Shown here: positions 24,801 through 37,814 of the stretch, in pieces
Layout: each line of letters begins with the position of its first letter
How positions within the stretch are numbered: the stretch's first letter is position 1
Source: Malacoraja senta
Lineage: Eukaryota
Reading direction: 5' to 3'
Length of the DNA: 64,000 nt
Assembly (NCBI GenBank): GCA_038087875.1
Contig: CM075994.1
Location: 310,001 to 374,000, forward strand
Position numbers and translations under genes: made by a program
The notes under the pieces: generated by a model
Told to the model about the DNA's origin: nothing
What the model saw: the letters and a program-made list of their open reading frames with translations, nothing else
Databases searched by the model: none

Positions 24801-26863
24801 TCCTTACTGAAACTTCAAATAACCTAAACAATCCGTTAAAATTCTGGAAAACCATTAAATCAATAACTGGAAATAAAAATGTTATTGAGCTACCTCCATG
24901 CATTTTCAAAGACTACCCAAATTTATGAAAAGGCTGACATGCTTGGTTGTTTTAATGAGCATTTCATTGCCTCTGGTTCACTTTTCAACTCTCAAAACAC
25001 AGCTCAAGGCTCCTCTGCTTGCTCTGATAGTAGTTGTTTTTTTGAGGGACAAGCTTTTACTTTTGATGCTGTTACACTTTCAGAGGTGCATAAGGCCCTG
25101 AGATGTTTAGACACAAAAAAATCGGCACGTCCAGACAACCTTGAGCCTTACTTCCTAAAGTTAGCCGCTGATTTTATTGCACTGCCTCTGACTTATCTTT
25201 TTAATCTATCCCTGGAGACAAACGAAATTCCCCTTATTTGGAAATCTGCCTATGTTCTCCCACTGTTAAAAGGGGGGGACCCCACTGTGCTAAACAACTA
25301 TAGGCCCATCTCCAAACTGTCTGTTTTAATTAAGGTGCTGGAATCCATTGTAAACCAACAACTGAAGGACTTTTTATCAACTAACAGTATTTTATCTGAA
25401 TTTCAATCTGGTTTTAGGAAAAAATATAGTACGTCAACAGCTGCTTTAAAAGTAGTAAATGATTTTATTGAATTTTTAGACAATAAGCAACACTGTGCAG
25501 CCCTTTTCGTTGACCTATCAAAGGCTTTCGATACTGTGGATCATGCCTTATTGTTACAAAGACTATGCAGCATCGGTTTGTCTGATCAAGCTGTCTGTTG
25601 GTTTAAAAACTATCTATCAGGCAGATCCCAGTGTGTGCGAGCAGAAGGTATTACTTCTAGCTCTCTTAATGTATCCAAGGGTGTGCCACAGGGATCCGTT
25701 CTAGGACCTTTATTATTTACTATTTACATTAATAGTCTAGATCATAAAGCTCCGAACGCAAATTTTCACTTTTATGCTGACGACACAGTGATATATTGCT
25801 CTGCGTCTACCCCAAATCAGGCTCTCTGTCAGCTCCAAACTGCTTTTAACACTGTGCAACGTAACCTGTGTGATTGAAACTTGTTTTAAACAAAGCAGTT
25901 TTAAACAAGGATATCAACATTGACGGCTACAATGTGTATAGGACTGACCGACCCAAGAAGGGCGGAGGGGTCGCAGTCTATGTCAAGTCTAAGTTTCATG
26001 TGAAGATCCGCCTCTACATCAGTGAGTAAGCAATTTGAACTTCTGGCTCTTGACATGGAAATCTCAAAAACTCTCCACATCACTGTCGTCGGATGCTATA
26101 GGCCACCTTCAGCTATCAGCTGCACCTCACCATCTTTAATGGAGCTTTTATCCGGGTTAAACTTTAATGAAATTGTCCTTATTGGTGACCTAAACTGGAA
26201 CTGGCTGATACCAGCATCAGATGATTTTAAAGCATTTTGTGATTCGTTTAATTTCTTTCAGATGGTTGACAGTCCTACTAGACCTAATCTGAAATGTCCG
26301 GAATAATCTTCTTTAATTGATCTTATCTTAACTAATGTTCCTCATAAATATTCTGCTGCTTCAGTTTAGGTCACCAATAAGGACAATTTCATTAAAGTTC
26401 AACCCGGATAAAAGCTCCATTAAAGATGGTAAGGTGCAGCTGATAGCTGAAGGTGGCCTATAGCAACCGACGACAGTGATGTGGTTCCGTGTCATCATAA
26501 AGCGGGACATGAAACATTTTGTGGAGCAAGCATTTTTTCATGACCTGTTTCTCTTTGGCTGGGCGAAAATTAATGTAATTCCTGATGTTGAAAATGCCTG
26601 GAAATTCTTTTATGATGGTTTTTATTGAAATTGTTAACAAGCACGCTCCTTTTAGGAAGTATAGAATAAGGGGCAGGGATAATGCATGGTTTACGTCAGA
26701 GTTATCCATTTTACTCCATGAGCGCAATGTGGCATGGTCTAAAGCCAGGAGTACTGGTCTTGGATCAGACTGGTTGCTCTTTAGGCAGCTGCGAAATGCA
26801 AGCACAGTTGCAATTAGAAAAGCCAAAGCTGATCATTTCCTTACTGAAACTTCAAATAACCTA
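21813..26863 (+). repeat. Tandem repeat with 2037-bp period, about 2.5 copies, near-identical
   Basis: Equivalent ORFs start at 21948/23985/26022 and 22842/24879; junctions at about 23850 and 25887. Confidence 0.97.
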
Positions 26864-27621
26864 TTTAACAAGATTTAAAACTAGTTTTAAATGCTGACAA
26901 GACAAAGCTCATGCTGTTCACTAAAGCTAAATCAAAGCCCTCGGACCTCCCTCCTATCACCACTTTGCAGGGCTCTGTGGTTGAATCTGTGTCTCAATAT
27001 AAATATCTGGGAATTTTAATTGACGATTCTCTCTCTTTTAAACCTCATATCCAGCAACTTGTGAAAAAACTAAAGATAAAATTAGGTTTTTACTTTAGAA
27101 ACAAATCTTGTTTTTCTTTTGAAGCCAAAAAAAGACTTGTTGCTGCAACGTTTATATCTGTGTTGGACTATGGTGATGTTTTATATATGAATGCATCTTC
27201 AAAATGCCTACAGTCTTTGGACACGAGCACTGAGATTTGTTACTAATTTTAAAACCCCCACGCACCACTGCTCTTTGTATGCTCAAGCTGGATGGTTTGC
27301 CCTGTCCACCCGCAGACTCCATCATTGGCATATCCTTATTTATAAGACTATCCTCGGTGTTCTTCCTTCATACCTGCAGAAGTATGTAATTCAAAAAAGC
27401 ACAGGAACTTATCAGCTCCGCTCTGAGGACTTGTTCTTACTAACTGTACCTAAAGTCCGTACTGAACTGGGGAAAAGGGCATATAGTTATGCTGCTCCCT
27501 TCACATGGAACCAGCTGCAGAATGAACTGAAACTTAAGGAGCTGGTTTCTATAAACAGATTTAAATCCCTTCTTAATGATGTTGAAGCGGGCTCTTCTGT
27601 CTGTACATGCTTTGTTTGATG

Positions 27622-28662
27622 TAGGTATGTTACAAAACTTACCTTCAGTCGCGCTGTAATTCTGCCACTGGGCGTGTGCGCGATTTTGGCGCCTTTAAGG
27701 GGGGGGCGGGGTTAAAACGCGGTTTCTCCTCCCCTGTCCTGGAAATATTTTGTTGGAGTACAAAACTTCGCTGACAAAATCGTTCCTACCGGCTTTTTGG
27801 GAATTTTTTTTAAAAATTAAATCGTCAATGTCAGCGCTACAGTCATTTTAAAAGCAGCTCCTGAAGCGTCAACGCCAATAACGGGGACGGATTTCACACA
27901 ATGGATAGGTAAACGAAAGTGCTTTCTTTAAATGTATAAAAGTGCTTCTTAAGAAGCCTTTAATTCACATTTTGTCATGCGACACGGTGATTTTATTCCC
28001 CGAATTAACGGCAGTATTTTTCATGCCAATACGGGGTTAAATTCACCGCAAATGAACGTTCCAAAAGATCGCGTTCCAGAAATTCTCACTCGCAAGATGA
28101 TTTAAATGCCCATTAATTTACAGGTATTAAACATTCAATTCCTTCCATTTGGCCTGTAAATTCATGAAAATTAGATTTAAAAATTATGTTATATTGTGAA
28201 TTATTGTGTGAATGTTATTTGGACACTTAGGCTATTTAAAAATGTTAATCTATTCTTAAGAAATTGATAGATGTTTAGATCTAGTAATTGAATTTTGTAA
28301 TTAGCTACAATTAGGTAACTAACTAATTATATGCTTTACTTTCATGTCTTCGAAGTAAGATTGTTTCATATTTGTTTCAGAATGCTTCAATCTATAATAC
28401 CTGAAAATTTCTTTCAGTTACCATAATTTTTAAGAAAGTTATGGGCTTTTAACTGTCCTCGATCACAGCTTTTGTGTTAAGTCAATGGAAAAGCAATAGG
28501 GAACAAGATGCTAATTTCTGAGTATGATAATGGCCATAACTTTTTTAATACTGAAGATATGAAAGTGAATTAAGTGTCAAATTAAACTTCTTTTTATGCT
28601 TTATCTGATGGGATAAATTGCAGACTTTATTTTTTAAATCTCAAAATTTTGTAACATTGCTA
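27622..28662. mobile_element. Non-autonomous TIR DNA transposon (about 1.04 kb)
   Basis: Termini TAGGTATGTTACAAAA and TTTTGTAACATTGCTA; 7-bp TSD TTTGATG (27615-27621, 28663-28669); inserted in the L2 3' UTR. Confidence 0.85.
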
Positions 28663-28845
28663 TTTGATGATATTCTGACTGTGACTCTATTTATATGTTC
28701 TCTGTTGTTTTTAAATTATTGTCTGTAACTGTGGGACTGTGCTGCTGCCTGTCTTGGCCAGGACTCTCTTGTAAAAGAGATTTTTAATCTCAATGAGACT
28801 TCTCCTGGTTAAATAAAGGTTAAATAAAAAATAAAAAATAAAAAT

Positions 28846-29755
28846 ACCGGTGCCCAAGAAGACCAAGGAGACGTGCCTCAATGACTATCGACCAGTGGCA
28901 CTAACGTCTGTGGTGATGAAGTGCTTTGAGAGATTGATTATGGCGCATATCAACTCCTACCTCGACAAGAACCTGGACCCACTGCAGTTCACTTACCACC
29001 ACAACAGGTCAACGGTGGATGCGATCTCACTAGCTCTCCAATCCTCTCTGGACCACTTGGACAACAAAAACTCATATGTCATTGACTACAGTTCGGCATT
29101 TAACACCATCATCCCCTCCAAGCTGGTTACCAAGCTCTCAGATCTCCGTCTCTGCGCATCCCTCTGCAATTGGATCCTCGACTTCCTCATTCACAGACCA
29201 CACTCTGTTCGTATTGGTGGAAATGTGTCAGCCTCGATAACAATCAGCACGGGAGCACCTCAAGGCTGTTTGCTCAGCCCCCTGCTGTACTCACTCTATA
29301 CTCATGACTGTGTAGCCGGGCATAGTGCGAACTCCATCATCAAGTTCGCCGATGACACTACTGTTGTGGGACGAATCACTGATGGGGACGAGTCAGAGTA
29401 TAGAAGTGAGATCGACTGATTGACCAAATAACCTGGCTCTCAACACCAGCAAAACCAAGGAACTGATTGTGGACTTTTGAAGGGGTAGGATAGTAACCCA
29501 CAATCCCGTTTATATCAATGGGTCGATGGGGGAAAGGGTCAAGAACTTCAAATTCCTGGGCGTGCATATTTACGAAGATTTCTCCTGGCCCCAGCACATA
29601 AAGAAAGCACATCAGCACCTCTACTTCCTGAGAAGATTACGGAGAGTTGGTATGTCAAGGAGGACTCTCTCGAACTTCTACAGGTGCACAGTAGAGAGCA
29701 TGCTGACCGGTTGCATTGTGGCTTGTTTCGGCAACTTGAGCGTCCAGGAGTGCAG
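28846..29755 (+). mobile_element. Rex1-like LINE RT fragment
   Basis: [35 protein letters not shown]. Confidence 0.88.
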
Positions 29756-29959
29756 GGGAGAGAAAAGACTTTGCCTTCCATCACAGTGAGGAGGAGATTC
29801 ACTGTGATGGATGTTTTTCTGTAAATTGAATTGTTTGTGTGTCGTGTAGGAATTGTTTTGTTTGTATGGCTGTGGAAACGGAGTTTTGTTTGAGCCTCTC
29901 TGAGGTTCAAATGACAAGTAATAAAATCTAATCTAATCTAAAATCTAATCTAAAAGAAA

Positions 29960-30985
29960 GATTAGCACATTTGCAGATGACACAAAGCTGGGTGGCAGTG
30001 TGAACTGTGAGGAGGATGCTATGAGCATGCAGGGTGACTTGGACAGGTTGGGTGAGTGGGCAGATTCATGGCAGATGCAGTTTAATGTGGATAAATGTGA
30101 GGTTATCCACTTTGGTGGCAAAAACAGGAAGGCAGATTATTATCTGATGCGTCATGTTGGGAAAAGGGGAAGTACATTGAAATCTGGGGCTCCTTGTTCG
30201 TCAGTCAATGAAACCTTTTCACACAGAGGGCTGTGAATCTGTGGAATTCTCTGCCTCAGAAAGCAGTGGAGGCCAATTCTCTGGATCCTTTCAAGAGTGA
30301 GTTAGATAGAGCACTTAAAGATAGCGGAGTCAGGGGATATGGGGAAAGGCAGCAAAGGGGTACCGATTGTGGATGATCAGCCATGATCACATTGAATGGC
30401 GGTGCTGGCTCGAAGGACCGAATGGCCTACTCCTGCACCTATTGTCTATTGTCTAAATAACTCCAGCCCAACTTGCCCTTTACGTGGATGTTACCGGAAC
30501 GTTTAAGATGATGTTGCCAGAACTAGAGGGTATGCGCTATAGGCAGAGTTTCAGTAGGCTGGGACTCTATTCCTTGGAGAGCAGGAGGATGAGGGGTGAT
30601 CTTGTAGAGGTATATAAAATCATGAAAGGAATAGATCGGGTAGATGTGCTGAGTCTCTTGCCCAAAGTGGGTGAAACGAGGACCAGAGCACATAGGTTTA
30701 AGGTGAAGGGGAAAAGATTTAATAGGAATCTGAGGGGTAACTTTTTCAAGCAAAGGGTGGTGGGTGTATGGAACAATCTGCCAGAGGATATAGTTGAGGA
30801 AGGATTTATCCCAATGTTTAAGAAACAGTTAGACAGGTACATGGATCGGACAGGTTTAGAGCGATATGGGCCAAACGCAGGCTGGTGGGACTCGTGTAAC
30901 TGGGACATGCTGGCCAGTGTTGGAAAGTTGGGCAGAAGGGCCTGTTTCCACACTGTATCACTCTATGATTCTATGACTCTATGAC
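29960..30985 (+). mobile_element. Two CR1-family 3' fragments
   Basis: ORFs 30000..30236 and 30484..30984, each ending in its characteristic tail. Confidence 0.85.
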
Positions 30986-31179
30986 CAAGATGTTCCATCT
31001 AATCTAGTCCTACCGGCCTGCATTTCACCCATGTACCTCTGAACCGTTCCTATCCATGTACAAATCCAAATGACTTTTACATGTTGTTATAGTAACTCAG
31101 TTTACAAACAAATGAATATAATATGATGCAGAATGCAGGGTTGTAGAACACACTCTGCTGACTGGGACTACGAACCCTA

Positions 31180-31720
31180 TACCCCCTCCCTCGACTCCGT
31201 CCAAGGCACCTCAACAGTCTGAACATCTCCGCTCAGTCCGCCTAAACCTACCTAATCTCCCGGTTGCGAAACACTTTTACTCCCCCTCCCATTCCCACAT
31301 TGACCTTTCTGTCCTGGGCCTCCTCCATTGTCAGAGTGAGGCCCATCGCAAATTGGCAGAACAGCGTCTCATATTTCACTTGGGCAGCTTACACCCCAGC
31401 GGTATGAACATTGACTTCACTAACTTCAAGTATCCGTTGTATTCCATCTCTCTCCATCCCCTCCCCCTTCCCAGTTCTCAGTCCAGTCTGACATTTTATC
31501 TGTTTGCTTTGTTGTTAGCTGCTCCAAGCTAACAATTATATATTTTACATTTTCTTGTTCTGCATCTCTTTGGATGTCTCGCTTTACCCTTCCATATCTC
31601 TGCGTCTCCCTCTCCCCGACCCTCAGTCTGAAGAAGGGTCTCGACCCGAAACCTCACCCATTCCTTCTCTCCAAAGACGCTGCCTGACCCGCGGAGCGAC
31701 TCCTGCATTTTGTGTCTATC
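31180..31720 (+). mobile_element. Penelope-like 3' fragment with hammerhead-like core
   Basis: GIY-YIG C-terminus homology; CTGAAGAAGGGTCTCGACCCGAAAC at about 31628. Confidence 0.75.
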
Positions 31721-32760
31721 TTCTGAGCAGAGTGGAGACGTTTAACAGCCTAAACTGGTGTTAAGGAAGAAAAGACAAATGAACAAATGATCACGATTAC
31801 TTGAACACGGGAGAATTTTAAATTGGGGATTTTGCTCGGTTGGGACAATCGGTGTTGTTTAAGGGGTAACAGGAAAGAAGGAGAATATGACCACATTTTG
31901 CCAACGCCTTCTTCAACAGAAACACATGAAAACAGCCGGATGGTTAATACAACATTTGTGAAACCACTGTCTGAAGGGCGTTAAACTCACTTTTCCTTAC
32001 CCTCCGAGGGTGAAATGCAATTACGTTTTGCATTTGTTAAACGCTGAATTATTAAAGATAGATGATAAAAGCCGACTACGGGTGCTGTCTGTATGGAGTT
32101 TGTATGTTCTCCCCATGATCTGCGTGTGTTTTCTCCGAGATCTTCGGTTTCCTCCCACACTCCAAAGACCTACAGGTTTGTAGGTCAATGGGCTGGATAA
32201 AAATGTAAAATTGTCCAAGTTGGCGATATGCAGAGTTCTGCCCTGCCGACTACAAAATTCAGAAGGTTCAGAAGGGTTACAGAATTTACACTGCGACTTC
32301 AGATTCCCAAACAACAAAACTCTTCACGATATTTGTTCACCAGATTCGATGCCTCCGGAGTCTTGGTCGCTACTAACCGTTACACCGGGTTGTCCAGCTC
32401 GCTGGCGAGGAAGTCTAGTCCGTGAGATCGAGTTGGACGGGTGTCCTGCCAGTAAAAGCAGATCGCCACTTGAAATATCCAGCCACTCGGCGGCAGGAGA
32501 CGGACGGCTACTCTGATGTGAAGTTTATCCAGATACCAGAACCCAGCGTCTCCGCTCGGCGACACAGCGGTAGAGTTGCTGCCTTGCAGGGCCAGAGACC
32601 CGCGGGTATGGGTGCACTTCTGCACGGCCAGGTTCAATCCTGACTATGGGTGGTCTTCTGGACGGAGCATTTACACTTGGTATGAGTGTAAATTGTCCCG
32701 TGTGTCCGTGTGGGCGCGGAGACGGCTTCAGCAAACTTCTCGCTTCCATTTTGCACAAAG
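31400..32760 (-). repeat. Segmental duplication arm, inverted relative to 36830-37793 plus 41455-41590
   Basis: Non-TE sequence aligns by eye in reverse complement (e.g. 31723-31910 vs 37400-37592; 32290-32540 vs 37005-37240). Confidence 0.85.
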
Positions 32761-33179
32761 CAATTCTAGTCCCACCCCCTTTAAATAAACGGCCTTTAAT
32801 TTCTTCTGTGAAGTGAAGACAATGTAAACGGGGCGATCCGGGCGGACACGTTCAGTCGATACCACTAAAATATCCAGTGTTAGAACCTGCAGCGTTTGAC
32901 ATTTTTGCATTTTCTTTCTTTCCCAACATCCCACGGGTCTGGGACGCTGACAATTTGCGGGAATTAATGGAAGCAATTTTAACTTAAATCGAATCGTCTA
33001 GGAGGTTCAAATGGAACAGTTAGCACGTCATGTCACAGTTGTATAAGACGTTGGTGAGGCCGCATTTAGAGTATTGTGTTCGGTTCTGGGCACCAAGTTA
33101 CAGGAATAATGTTGTCAAGCTGGAAAGGGTACAGAGAACATTTATTGCGATGTTGCCAGGACTAGAGGGTTTGAGCTAT

Positions 33180-34039
33180 AGGGGGGTTGCACGTAAGGTC
33201 ATCGGGTCAAAGGGCGTGACGCACGGAGCAGCTCAATCCGTGTGGAGGACATGGCAGCTTCCGGCATAGAAACATAGAAAATAGGTGCAGGAATAGGCCA
33301 TTCGGCCCTTCGAACCTGCACCGCCATTTGATATGATCATGGCTGATCATCCAACTCAGTATCCCATCCCTGCCTTCTCTCCATACCCCCTGATCCCTTT
33401 AGCCACAAGGGCCACATACTGTTAATACATGAAACGCGACTTTCTTATCCGCTAAAAAACGCCCAAATGGTGTATTTTTGCGCTGTGAATTATTCTGGAA
33501 ATCGGGGTAAGCGTGAAAGACATTTATCCTACTTCAGAATTCCAAAAGTGGGGAGAAATGATGGTGGAGAGAAGGGACAGCTGAAGGGACAAGAACAGCT
33601 AAAGTGCTTGGCGAACACTTTTTGGTATCTAACTTTTTAGATACAAAAGGAATCAAGAAAAAACACAAATAATGCCTTACTGTTGAAGAAATGCAGTGAG
33701 CAAATGAGATAATTGCCAATATTTTCAATCTTGATATCTGCATGGCCAATGTTCGCCAACCACTTTAGCTGTTGTTGTTCCTTCAGCTGCCGCTTCTCTC
33801 TACCATCATTTCTCCTCACCTTTGGGATTCTGAAGTAGGATAAATGTCTCTCACGCTTATCCCGATTACCATAATTATTTACAGCGCAAAAATTGACCAT
33901 TTCAGCGGTTTTTAACAGGCCTGCTACGCTGGAAACAATGGTAAGTGCTTACCTGCAGTTCATCGCGTGTACGCCAGTTGGCGTAGCGTGGCAACAGTAC
34001 GGGTCACGGGTGGTGACCCGACTGCCGTGCAACCTCCCT
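33180..34039. mobile_element. Non-autonomous ISL2EU-like (PIF/Harbinger group) DNA transposon with two inverted THAP-coding segments
   Basis: TIRs AGGGGGGTTGCACG and CGTGCAACCTCCCT; AT target duplication (33178-79, 34040-41); THAP segments at about 33467-33620 (+) and 33900-33675 (-). Confidence 0.75.
33637..33900 (-). pseudogene. THAP zinc-finger domain exon of a transposon
   Basis: MVNFCAVNNYGN...FRIP...KWLANI...ICSLHF; the second Cys is mutated to Tyr; a gtaagg donor-like site follows HFFN. Confidence 0.8.
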
Positions 34040-34045
34040 ATATGG

Positions 34046-36344
34046 TACACAAAAATGCTGGAGAAACTCAGCGGGTGCAGCAGCATCTATGGAGCGAAGG
34101 AAATAGGCAACGTTTCGGGCCGAAACCCTTCTTCAGACTGATAGAGGGTGGGGAGAAGAAAGGAAAAAAGAAAAAAGGCGGAGGAGGAGCCCGAGGGCTG
34201 GGGGAGGGGAGGAGACAACCAGATGGCTGATGAAGGGGCGGGGACAGCAAGGGCTAGCAGAATTGGGAGAATTCAATGTTCAAGCCCCCAGGATGTAGAC
34301 TACCCAAGCGGAATATGAGGTGCATTTCCTCCAATTTACGGTGTTGCTCGCTGTGGCCATGGAGGAGACCCAGGACAGAGAGGTCAGATACGGAATGGGA
34401 GGGGGAGTTGAATTGCTGAGCCACCGGGAGTTCAGGTTGGTTATTGCGGACCGACCGGAGGTGTTCGGCGAAACGATCGCCAAGCCTCCGCTTGGTCTCA
34501 CCGATGTAGATCAGCTGGCATCTAGAGCAGCGAATGCAATAGATGAGGTTGGAGGAGATGCAGGTGAACCTCTGTCGCACCTGGAACGACTGCTTGGGTC
34601 CTTGAATGGAGTGGAGGGGGGAGGTGAAGGGACAAGTGTTGCATCTCTTGTGGTTGCAAGGGAAAGTACCAGGGGAGGGGGTGGTATGGGAGGGAAGGGA
34701 AGAATTGACAATGGAGTTACGGAGGGAGCGGTCTTTGCGGAAGGCAGACATGGGGGGAGATGGGAAGATGTGGCGAGTGGTGGGGTCACGTTGGAGGTGG
34801 CGAAACTGACGGAGGGTCACTTGTTGTATGTGATGGCTGGTGGGGTGAAAGGTGAGGACTAGGGGGACTCTGCCCTTGTTGTGAGTGGGGGGATGGGGAG
34901 AGAGAGCAGTGTTGCGGGGTATGGCAGAGACCCTGGTGCGAGCCTCATCTATGGTGGAGGAGGGGAACCCCCGTTCCCTGAAGAATGAGGACATTTCAGA
35001 TGCCCTGGTGTGGAACGCCTCATCCTGGGAGCAGATGGAGATAGTGAGGTCAAAGAATGGTAGGGAAGTGTCGGAAATGGTCCAGGTGTATTTGAGTGTA
35101 CACCTGGACCAGGTGTATTTGAGTGTACACCTGGACCAGGTGTATTTGAGTGTACACCCACTCAAATACACCTGGACCATTTCCGACACTTCCCTACCAT
35201 TACTTGACCTCACTATCTCCATCGCAGGTGATAGACTCCTTACCGACATCCACTACAAACCTACCGACTCCCATGGCTATCTGGACTACACTTCTTCCCA
35301 CCCTGCTTCCTGTAAGGACTCCATCCCCCACTCCCAATTCCTCCGTCTACGCTGCATCTGCTCCCAGGATGAGGCGTTCCACACCAGGGCATCTGAAATG
35401 TCCTCATTCTTCAGGGAACGGGGGTTCCCCTCCTCCACCATAGATGAGGCTTGCACCAGGGTCTCTGCCATACCCCGCAACACTGCTCTCTCTCCCCATC
35501 CCCCCACTCACAACAAGGGCAGAGTCCCCCTAGTCCTCACCTTTCACCCCACCAGCCGTCACATACAACAAGTGATCCTCCATCAGTTTCGCCACCTCCA
35601 ACGTGACCCCACCACTCGCCACATCTTCCCATCTCCCCCCATGTCTGCCTTCCGCAAAGACCGCTCCCTCCGTAACTCCCTTGTCAATTCTTCCCTTCCC
35701 TCCCATACCACCCACTCCCCTGGTACTTTCCCTTGCAACCGCAAGAGATGCAACACTTGTCCCTTCACCTCCCCCCTCCACTCCATTCAAGGACCCAAGC
35801 AGTCGTTCCAGGTGCGACAGAGGTTCACCTGCATCTCCTCCAACCTCATCTATTGCATTCGCTGCTCTAGATGCCAGCTGATCTACATCGGTGAGACCAA
35901 GCGGAGGCTTGGCGATCGTTTCGCCGAACACCTCCGGTCGGTCCGCAATAACCAACCTGAACTCCCGGTGGCTCAGCACTTCAACTCCCCCTCCCATTCC
36001 GTATCTGACCTCTCTGTCCTGGGTCTCCTCCATGGCCACAGCGAGCAACACCGTAAATTGGAGGAAATGCACCTCATATTCCGCTTGGGCAGTCTACATC
36101 CTGGGGGCTTGAACATTGAATTCTCCCAATTCTGCTAGCCCTTGCTGTCCCCTCCCCTTCATCAGCCATCTGGTTGTCTCCTCCCCTCCCCCAGCCCTCG
36201 GGCTCCTCCTCCGCCTTTTTCCTTTTTTCCTTTCTTCTCCCCACCCCCTATCAGTCTGAAGAAGGGTTTCGGCCCGAAACGTTGCCTATTTCCTTTGCTC
36301 CATAGATGCTGCTGCACCCGCTGAGTTTCTCCAGCATTTTTGTG
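34046..36344. mobile_element. Palindromic (head-to-head inverted) Penelope-like element encoding RT C-terminus plus GIY-YIG endonuclease on both strands
   Basis: ORFs 34254..35249 (-) and 34885..36138 (+) have near-identical C-termini (CNxKRCNTC, NLIYCIRC..C..IYIGETKR, HFN, GLN). 15-bp TSD AACCTCCCTATATGG at 34031-34045 and 36345-36359. Confidence 0.93.
36256..36283 (+). ncRNA. Minimal hammerhead-ribozyme-like core at the Penelope terminus (mirror copy at 34109-34136, minus strand)
   Basis: CUGAAGA, helix II GGGU-UUCG-GCCC, GAAA, palindromic AACGUU; helix I is weak. Minimal hammerheads are an established feature of Penelope-like elements. Confidence 0.6.
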
Positions 36345-36359
36345 AACCTCCCTATATGG

Positions 36360-36770
36360 ATAGGTTGAGTAGGCTGGGACTCTATTCCTTGGAGAGCAGG
36401 AGGATGAGGGGTGATCTTATAGAGGTGTATAAAATCATGAGAGGAATAGAGTCTCTTGCCCAGAGTAGTTGAATCGAAGACCAGAGGATATAGGTTTAAG
36501 GTTAAGGGGGAAAGATTTAATAGTAATCTGAGGGGTAACTTTTTCCACACAAAATGTGGTTGGTGGGTAGAACAAGCTGCCAGAGGAGGTTCCAGCAGGG
36601 ACTATCCCAACGTTTAAGATAGTTGGACAGGTACATGGATAGGACAGGTTTGCAGGAATATGGACCAAACGCAAGCAGGTGGGACTAGTGTTGCTGGGCA
36701 TATTAGCCTGTGGGTGAGTTGGGCTGACGGGCCTGTGTCCATGCTGTATCACTCTAAGACTGTGTGACAA
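36360..36770 (+). mobile_element. CR1/HER1-like 3' fragment (continuation of 33025-33179)
   Basis: The sequence resumes where it was cut by the ISL2EU-like and Penelope insertions. Confidence 0.8.
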
Positions 36771-37814
36771 AGCGAGGAGAAGGATGTTTATCTAATCGTG
36801 GGGATTTATCTAAAATGGAAGCGAAGCGAGAAACAGGGGAAATTTGCTGAAGCCGTCTCTGCGCCAACACGGGACAATTTGCACTCATACCAAGTGTAAA
36901 TGCTCCGTCCAGAAGACCACCCATAGTCAGGATTGAACCCGGCCGTGCAGACTTGCACCCATACCCGCGGGTCTCTGGCCCTGCAATGCAGCAACTCTAC
37001 CGCTGGTTTCCGTTATCTGGATAATGTGCACATACGAGTAGCGGTCCGTCTCCTGTCGCCGAGTGGCTGGATATTTCAAGTAGCTCAAGTAACTCAATCT
37101 CACGAACTAGATTCCTCGCCAGCGAGCTGGACAACCCGGATGTAAAGGTCAGCAGCGACCAAGACTGCAGAGGCATCGAATCTGGTGAACAAATATCGTA
37201 GAGAGTTTTGTTGTTTGGGAGTCTGATGTCGCAGTGTGAATTATGTAAACGGCTTTCATCATCTATCTTTAATAATTCAGCGTTTAACAAATACAAAACG
37301 TAATAGAATTTCACCCACCCCGAGGGTAAGGAAAGTGAGTTTTTCGCCCTTGTTTTCTGGCTGTTTTCATGTGTTTCTGTTTAATTCCTATTTTGGGAGC
37401 AGACGTTGGCAAAATGTCGTCATACTCGCCTTCTTTCCTGTTACCCCTTAAACAACACCGATTGGCCAAACCGAGCAAAACCCCCAATTTAAAATTCTCC
37501 TCTTGTTCACGAAATCGTGGTCTCACCCTTTGTTCATTTGTCGTTCCTTCCTTAACACCAGTTTTGGTTGTTAAACGTCTCCACTGTGCTCAGAAGAGAG
37601 ACACGAAATGGAGGAGTCACGACTCAGCGGGACAGGCAGCGTGTCTGGAGAGAAGGAATGGGTGCGGTTTCGGGTCGAGACCCTTCTTCAGACTGATGGT
37701 CAGGGGAGAGGGAGATACAGATGCAGAAGGGAAACGAGACATGAAAAGAGATGCAGAACAAGAAAATGTAAAATATATAATTGTTATCTTGGATAGGGCC
37801 GGCCTTGGGAGGTG

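Larger units (their letters stand above)
21195..28845 (+). mobile_element. L2-clade LINE (APE+RT), internally triplicated and interrupted
   Basis: APE motifs (HLNVRS, ISETWL, CYRPPS, IGDLN), RT motifs (FVDLSKAFDTV, GVPQGSVLGP, FYADDT) and the 3' tail CCTGGTTAAATAAAGGTTAAATAAAAAATAAAAA. The 5' boundary is approximate. Confidence 0.9.

Noticed and set aside
21195..28845. Horizontal transfer of the L2 from teleosts, suggested by its 3' tail
   Set aside because: Tail resemblance is from memory only and vertical conservation is equally plausible; it needs cross-species identity data.
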